44,199 bases of DNA, taken from contig DAHVLZ010000047.1 of the NCBI GenBank assembly GCA_027320085.1, positions 1-44,199 of the forward strand. The letters run 5' to 3'. Every line of letters begins with the position of its first letter. The stretch's first letter is position 1. The notes below the pieces were generated by a model. The model was not told where the DNA came from. It saw only the letters and a list, made by a program, of their open reading frames with translations, and did no database searches. A program made the translations under genes and the position numbers. The stretch comes from Pseudomonadota bacterium. GTDB lineage: Bacteria > Pseudomonadota > Gammaproteobacteria > JAKAQQ01. Positions 38,829 through 44,199 of the stretch are shown one piece after another.

Positions 38829-38922
38829 TTTCGCTTGCGGGTCTCTCCAGGCCGATTAGATCATTCGGGGGGAGGGTCCGGACTCCGATAAAATGAACTC
38901 CCGGCCGGTGACTGTAGAGACC

Positions 38923-40326
38923 ATGCTCCAGATTTTCAATACCCGGACGCGCCGCATGGAACCGTTTGAACCGACGGATCCCAAGGCCGTGCGCCTTTAT
39001 GTTTGCGGGGTCACTGTCTACGACGACTGCCACCTGGGCCATGCCCGGATGCTTGTGGTCTTCGATATGGTGGTTTGTTATCTCCGGCAGGCGGGCTATG
39101 GCGTTCGTTATGTCCGCAACCTGACCGACATCGATGACAAGATCATCCGCCGGGCTGCCGAACTCGGTGAAACGGTGGGAGGACTGACCCAACGCATGAT
39201 CGACCGGTTTCACGATGACCAGAAGGCTCTGGGCGTTGCGCCGCCTGATGCCGAGCCCTGCGCAACGGGCCACATCGGGGCCATGATCCGTCTGATCGAG
39301 CGACTCTGGGATCAGGGTGTGGCCTATCAGGGTGAGAATGGGGATGTCTATTTCCGGGTCGACCGTTTCCCTTCGTATGGGAGCTTGTCAGGCCGCCGTC
39401 TGGAAGAACTGAGGGCGGGATCCCGCATCGGGATCGATGAAACCAAGGCGGATCCACTCGATTTCGTGCTGTGGAAGGCAGCCAAGCCGGACGAACCAGC
39501 CTGGCCGTCGCCCTGGGGTAAGGGGCGGCCCGGATGGCACATCGAGTGTTCCGCCATGTCGATGAACCTCCTCGATCTGCCCATTGATATTCATGGGGGG
39601 GGGCAGGATCTCGAATTTCCCCACCATGAAAACGAGGTCGCCCAATCGGAAGCTGCAACGGGACAGCCCTTCGTCCGCTACTGGATCCATAACGGCTTTG
39701 TCCAGGTAGGGCAAGACAAGATGGCAAAATCACAGGGCAACTTCATGACCATCCGCGAGGCCCTGACGCGGTACGACCGGGAGACATTGAGGTTCTGGTT
39801 GCTTGCGAGCCACTACCGGAGTCCGGTCACGTTTAGCGAGGAAAATCTGGCCCAGGCACGGTTTTCTCTGGAACGTCTCTATCTGGCCCTGAGAGGTCTT
39901 GGGGAGCCCGGTTCCCGTGATCCCGAGGCCCTGGTCCCCTGGCAGTCCCGGTTTGCAGCCGCCATGGACGACGATTTCAATACACCGGATGCCCTGGCAG
40001 TCCTGTTCGATCTTGTGCGCGAAATTAACCGGGTCCGAACGGCAGATCCGGACCGGGCGTGCCGACTCGGGGCCGGATTGTGCGAGCTGGCCCGGGTATT
40101 CGGGCTTCTGGAGTCGGACCCTGAAGCCTTTCTCCGGGGAGATGGAGGCGAGGGGGCGGATGACTGGATCGAGGAGCGGATGCGGGAACGTCAGCGCTTG
40201 CGTGAGGCCGGTCAATACGCCGAGGCAGACCGGATCCGGCAGCAACTGCTCAATGCAGGGGTTCTGGTCGAGGATGGACCGGGAAAGCAGGCCCGCTGGC
40301 GTCGACGATCGCCATCTGCAAGCTAG
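38923..40326 (+). CDS. cysS: Cysteine--tRNA ligase
   Basis: YVCGVTVYD, CHLGH, DFVLWK, GRPGWHIECS, FPHHENE and KMAKS motifs. Confidence 0.97.
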   Translation: MLQIFNTRTRRMEPFEPTDPKAVRLYVCGVTVYDDCHLGHARMLVVFDMVVCYLRQAGYGVRYVRNLTDIDDKIIRRAAELGETVGGLTQRMIDRFHDDQKALGVAPPDAEPCATGHIGAMIRLIERLWDQGVAYQGENGDVYFRVDRFPSYGSLSGRRLEELRAGSRIGIDETKADPLDFVLWKAAKPDEPAWPSPWGKGRPGWHIECSAMSMNLLDLPIDIHGGGQDLEFPHHENEVAQSEAATGQPFVRYWIHNGFVQVGQDKMAKSQGNFMTIREALTRYDRETLRFWLLASHYRSPVTFSEENLAQARFSLERLYLALRGLGEPGSRDPEALVPWQSRFAAAMDDDFNTPDALAVLFDLVREINRVRTADPDRACRLGAGLCELARVFGLLESDPEAFLRGDGGEGADDWIEERMRERQRLREAGQYAEADRIRQQLLNAGVLVEDGPGKQARWRRRSPSAS

Positions 40327-41177
40327 CGGCCAGCACGGGCGATCGCGGCGCTGAGCACATTGTCGAGCAGGATGGCCACCGTCATGGGTCCGACCCCTCC
40401 TGGCACGGGGGTGATGTAGGCGGCCCGTTCCCGTGCGGTGGGAAAGTCGACGTCGCCGACCAGACCCTCTTTCCCCCGGTTGATGCCGACATCGATGACG
40501 GTCGACCCGGTGGTGATCCATGGGCCGGGAATGAGTCCGGGCTGACCCACGGCGACCACGAGGATCTCCGCCCGCCCGACGTGGTCCGCGAGATCCCGTG
40601 TGAATCGATGGCAGATTGTGACGGTGGCACCGGCCAGCAGGAGCTCGAGCGCCATCGGCCGGCCGACCAGGTTTGATGCACCGACAACGACCGCATGGCG
40701 CCCATAGAAGGTTTCGCCAATGCTCCGGAGAAGTTCGATCACACCGCGCGAAGTGCAGGGTCGAAGTCCCGGGGTGCGTGCCGCGAGCCGACCGAGGTTC
40801 ATGGGATGGATTCCATCGACATCCTTTGCCGGATCGATTTTCTCGATAAAAGCTGCCTCATCGAGACTGGCTGGAAGGGGCAGCTGGAGCAGGATGCCAT
40901 CGACGGTTTCGTCTGCGTTAAGCTGGCCGATGAGTGCAGTCAGAGTCCAGGCATCCGCCGTTTCAGGCAGGATGTGGAGGTTCGCCTCGATTCCGACGCG
41001 TCGGCAGGCCTTGCGCTTGTTTTCGACATAAATGACGGAGGAGGGATGCTCGCCGATCCGGATGACGGCCAGCTTGGGCGGAGGCAATCCCCGCCCCAGC
41101 CGCAGGGCGACCTGTGCTCCAACCCGGTTCTCGATTTCCCGGGCGTGGGCTTTACCGTCGATCAATCGGGCGGTCAT
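40323..41177 (-). CDS. folD: Bifunctional methylene-THF dehydrogenase/cyclohydrolase
   Basis: YVENK, GILLQLPLP, KDVDG, PCT and TPVPGGVGPMT motifs. Confidence 0.97.
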   Translation of the reverse strand: MTARLIDGKAHAREIENRVGAQVALRLGRGLPPPKLAVIRIGEHPSSVIYVENKRKACRRVGIEANLHILPETADAWTLTALIGQLNADETVDGILLQLPLPASLDEAAFIEKIDPAKDVDGIHPMNLGRLAARTPGLRPCTSRGVIELLRSIGETFYGRHAVVVGASNLVGRPMALELLLAGATVTICHRFTRDLADHVGRAEILVVAVGQPGLIPGPWITTGSTVIDVGINRGKEGLVGDVDFPTARERAAYITPVPGGVGPMTVAILLDNVLSAAIARAGR

Positions 41178-41372
41178 GGGTACTCCTGATGGAGGAATTG
41201 TCGCATTTTCCTTGCGACGGAAGCAATCGTCCGGTCACGCCGCCGAACCCGTCTCTGGTCCTGACTCGAAGTGGCATATAATGCTGGCGCTCCCTCCGCA
41301 GGGTCCGACCATTGCCGTTCTTGCGAAGGGAAGGATTTGAACCACGGCCGGCGGGTTGGACATCGGGAAGAT

Positions 41373-41449
41373 CGGGGCATAGCGCAGTCTGGTAGCGCGC
41401 CTGCTTTGGGAGCAGGAGGTCGGGGGTTCGAATCCCTCTGCCCCGACCA
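41373..41449 (+). tRNA. tRNA-Pro(UGG)
   Basis: Cloverleaf; anticodon arm CCTGC-TT-TGG-GA-GCAGG; GGTTCGAAT T-loop; encoded CCA. A TATAAT lies upstream at 41277. Confidence 0.97.
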
Positions 41450-41460
41450 GGCCCGTTCAC

Positions 41461-41537
41461 GCGCCTGTAGCTCAACCGGACAGAGCACCGGCCTTCTAAG
41501 CCGGCGGTTGCAGGTTCGAGTCCTGCCAGGCGCGCCA
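41461..41537 (+). tRNA. tRNA-Arg(UCU)
   Basis: Anticodon arm CCGGC-CT-TCT-AA-GCCGG; GGTTCGAGT T-loop; CCA end. Confidence 0.97.
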
Positions 41538-41707
41538 CTCCATTCCGAGCTGCCCCCCGCGCGGACTTGAACCTGAGACGTGGGGTTCTTTCGTCGGGAG
41601 GATGAAGCTGCGCTGGGCGTTCCCCGGCCGGGTGTGGTTGCTAACCGGCTGTACCCGCTGCTCGCATTCTTTTCGCCTTGCGCGGGTAACGCGTGGCAGA
41701 CAGGATT

Positions 41708-42382
41708 TTACGAAGGGGTGGCGGGCCTGTCTTCCGGATCCGAGGGCGGATCCATTGACCGGGAGATCCAGTAGGAATAAACGACGGGAACGACCACCAT
41801 GACGGTGATCGTGAGGATCTGAATGGCCACCGGCCATTTCCAGATCCCCTGCCCGATAAACATGAGTCCTCCGATGACGAATATCCAGGCACCCAAGCGG
41901 TGGGTCTTGTACCAGACGGTATCGTTGGCCAAGGTCCATGGGGTCCGTATCCCCACAAAAAAGTTTTTCCTGAGCTTGCCCATGAAGTTTCCGAGCCCGA
42001 TCAGGAGAATACCAATCGCAGCCGGAACCAGGCGGCCGAGCGAAAGGTGTGCACCGCTCGCTTCGAGGAAAACGATGATCTCAGAAAAAAGCAGGAATGC
42101 CAGGGCCAGTACGATCAGGAGCTGCCACGTCTTGCGGAAGCTATCCATGCGGAATCCATGCGGTGAAATTGCCGGCAGGATACTGAGTACAAGCCATAGC
42201 CCGGTCATGAGGAGGGCGGGGAAGAGGGCTCCCCAGGGTTTCGCCATCGTGCCATTGACTTGCCCTGACAGGGTCCAGTGAACCGGAACCGGGTTTGGCA
42301 GTCGATGATAAAACAGGATGACGAGGATCCAGCTGGCCGCGACGAACATTCCGTTTGCAACCAATGCGGGGTTGAGCTTCAT
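41708..42382 (-). CDS. sdpI: SdpI family membrane protein (DUF1648 + SdpI)
   Basis: LPNPVPVHW..SGQVNG and GNFMGKLRKNFFVGIRTPWTL...W.KTHR motifs; multiple TM segments. Confidence 0.88.
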   Translation of the reverse strand: MKLNPALVANGMFVAASWILVILFYHRLPNPVPVHWTLSGQVNGTMAKPWGALFPALLMTGLWLVLSILPAISPHGFRMDSFRKTWQLLIVLALAFLLFSEIIVFLEASGAHLSLGRLVPAAIGILLIGLGNFMGKLRKNFFVGIRTPWTLANDTVWYKTHRLGAWIFVIGGLMFIGQGIWKWPVAIQILTITVMVVVPVVYSYWISRSMDPPSDPEDRPATPS

Positions 42383-42663
42383 TTGGATTCTCCGGACTTG
42401 GATTTTGAAAAAAGATCAGTCATCAATCGGTAGATCTCCTCGGTGACTGAGGTGTTGAGCGAGTAGTTGACATATTGTCCCCGGCGTTCCGTACGGACCA
42501 GATCGGCTGACTTGAGAATCGAAAGATGGTGGGATAGGGAAGCCAGGGAAAACGAAAAGTGCTCGGACAACTCCCCTGCGGAAAGCGGCCCGGGCTGAAG
42601 GAGCTTGAGAATCCTCCGTCGGCTGGGATCCGCAAGCGCGCGAAAGAGAGACTCGGACTTCAT
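42379..42663 (-). CDS. sdpR: ArsR/SmtB family autorepressor (SdpR-like)
   Basis: FRALADPSRRRILKLL...LSAGEL...SLSHHLSILK...RRGQYVNYSLN; no Cys metal ligands; overlaps the sdpI start. Confidence 0.88.
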   Translation of the reverse strand: MKSESLFRALADPSRRRILKLLQPGPLSAGELSEHFSFSLASLSHHLSILKSADLVRTERRGQYVNYSLNTSVTEEIYRLMTDLFSKSKSGESK

Positions 42664-42699
42664 ATTTAGAAATATATCTAAATATTTAAATATAGTCAA
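42662..42699 (-). promoter_or_regulatory. sdpR promoter/operator, predicted leaderless
   Basis: TTGACT-N17-TATATT-N7-ATG; the palindrome ATATTTAGA-N6-TCTAAATAT (42662-42685) covers the -10 box and start. Confidence 0.8.
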
Positions 42700-42828
42700 G
42701 CCCTCATCCGCCAGAGTGGCCTGGGCTCATCTGAGCGCCCCCCCCTTTTTCTTGAAATTCTGTGCTTGGAACCCGACCTTGGGCTAAAATAACGCACCCT
42801 GTGGTCCTTGATCCGAAAGACCCTGGTT

Positions 42829-42906
42829 GGTGGACGTAGCTCAGTTGGTTAGAGTCCCGGATTGTGGATCCGGTTGTCGTGGGTTCAAGTCCCACCGTCC
42901 ACCCCA
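42829..42906 (+). tRNA. tRNA-His(GUG) with encoded G-1
   Basis: Anticodon arm CCGGA-TT-GTG-GA-TCCGG; G-1:C73 pair; CCA end. Confidence 0.97.
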
Positions 42907-43053
42907 ATCTTCTTGGCCTGTCCGTACTGATCTGCGACTCGCTTTGCGGGAGGGCTTAGGGCGGTGCCTGGGGCAATTGTTTTACAATCACTTCCCGAAA
43001 CGACAGGCGTTGTTGCCGGTGCCCTCAGTTTGAGACAAAAAGAAGGACGGCGT

Positions 43054-43129
<76 letters not shown>

Positions 43130-43133
43130 ATAA

Positions 43134-43146
43134 AATCAATAAGTTA
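43134..43146 (+). promoter_or_regulatory. IHF-binding site at the island boundary
   Basis: AATCAATAAGTTA is a perfect match to WATCAANNNNTTR, 5 bp after tRNA-Lys. Confidence 0.7.
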
Positions 43147-43221
43147 TAAAAGATACGATTAGGCAATTGCGCAAAAATCCACCATATGCCATACTCTTGC
43201 CATGGTTGGTGGAGAATTCCC

Positions 43222-44199
43222 ATGGCCAGCTTGAGAAAACGGAAGGGGCCCCATGGCCGGAATGTCTGGCAGGTGCAGATTGTGCGGCATGGCTTCCCGC
43301 CCCAGTACCGGACCTTCAATACCCGGGACCAGGCCGAGACCTGGGCCCGGATCACCGAGGCCAACATGGACCAGGGACTCTGGAAGGACCGGAGCGAGGG
43401 CGACCGGACAGCGGTCCGGGAGGCCCTGGTCCGCTACGAGCGGGAGATCACACCCCGGAAGGCTTCACAAGTCTCTGAGCGAAGCCGGATCCGGACGGTG
43501 AGCCGGAGCTTTCTCGGGGATCTGGCCCTGAGCAGGGTGACAGGAAGGGAGGTTGCAGACTACATCCGGGAGCGGGAAGCGGGGGGAGCCAGTGCCCATA
43601 CGGTGAGGCTCGATCTCACCCTCATTTCACACCTCTACAACGTGGCGCGGAGTGCTTGGGGGATGGAGTATCTGGTCAACCCGGTACCGCTCGCCAAGCT
43701 CGCGCGGCCGAAGATCCCAAGGGGCCGGGAACGGAGACTCCTCGAGGGGGAGGAGGACAGGCTTCTCGAGGCATCCTCTCCCTCCCTCCGGGCCGTGATC
43801 CGCTGGGCCCTGGCCACAGCCATGCGCCAGGGGGAGATCGCGAACCTGCGCTGGGAACACGTGGACCGGCTCCGGCGGTCTGTGCTTCTTCCCGAGACCA
43901 AGAACGGGGAGTCCCGGACGGTCCCCCTCTCCCCGGTGGCCCTCTCGATCCTGGAGGCGCTGCCGCGGCGGATCGACGGGTCGGTGTTCGGGTTCACGGG
44001 CAATGCCATCCGGCTGGGCTGGAAACGGGCCTTGGACAAGTCCGGGATCACGGGACTCCGTTTCCACGATCTCCGGCACGAGGCGATCTCGCGTCTCTTC
44101 GAGGAGACGGATCTCGACGTGATGGAGATCCGGGCCATCAGCGGGCACCGGACCCTCCAGATGCTGGCCCGCTATACCCATCTCCGGACCCACCGTCTC
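43222..44199 (+). CDS. Tyrosine recombinase/integrase (Rci/phage-integrase-like), 3'-partial at the window edge
   Basis: Hand translation from ATG 43222: MASLRKRKG...WQVQIVRHG...AMRQGEI...ETKNG...FHDLRHEAISRLFE...SGH...LARYTH. Catalytic R-K-H-R-H-Y is intact. Absent from the ORF track because no stop codon lies in the window. Confidence 0.95.
   Translation, partial: MASLRKRKGPHGRNVWQVQIVRHGFPPQYRTFNTRDQAETWARITEANMDQGLWKDRSEGDRTAVREALVRYEREITPRKASQVSERSRIRTVSRSFLGDLALSRVTGREVADYIREREAGGASAHTVRLDLTLISHLYNVARSAWGMEYLVNPVPLAKLARPKIPRGRERRLLEGEEDRLLEASSPSLRAVIRWALATAMRQGEIANLRWEHVDRLRRSVLLPETKNGESRTVPLSPVALSILEALPRRIDGSVFGFTGNAIRLGWKRALDKSGITGLRFHDLRHEAISRLFEETDLDVMEIRAISGHRTLQMLARYTHLRTHRL

Noticed and set aside
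41152-41570. ORFs overlapping the tRNAs (also 42704-43149)
   Set aside because: They are spurious translations of tRNA genes, e.g. AGLEPAT peptides.
41551-41576. tRNA T-arm-like remnant on the minus strand (GGTTCAAGTCC) as an att scar for sdpRI
   Set aside because: The T-stem pairs over only 2 bp, there is no cloverleaf or CCA, and the flanks do not match the neighbouring tRNAs.
43627-44193. Minus-strand ORFs of 188 and 167 aa
   Set aside because: They are shadows of the plus-strand integrase.

Overview
A GC-rich chromosomal segment from a gammaproteobacterium-like organism, probably an acidophile (inference). About 40 kb is housekeeping DNA, bounded by two accessory ends. The left end (1-3.0 kb) is a decayed mobile region: fused serine- and tyrosine-recombinase fragments, an intact class II Fic gene preceded by a phased array of TTTCGAC motifs, and an internally deleted ISL3. 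The core carries rpiA, an H1-like basic protein, EVE, ygfA, 6S RNA, zapA, a ZapB-like gene, ygfB-pepP-ubiH-ubiI-addB-addA-parC, a FimX-like gene, epmB/efp/epmA, msrC, a DARS-like DnaA-box cluster, psd, prmB-aroC-asd-fimV-truA-accD-folC-dedD-cvpA-purF, lpxH, gltX, cysS and folD. The right end is a tRNA cluster (Pro, Arg, His, Lys) split by an antisense sdpR-sdpI cassette. A tyrosine integrase that the ORF track missed follows tRNA-Lys and runs off the window edge. I cannot show a clearly new multi-gene system. The best leads are the Fic upstream repeat array, the DARS-like element, the island at tRNA-Lys and the leaderless sdpRI cassette. All calls come from motif recognition by eye; no searches were run.
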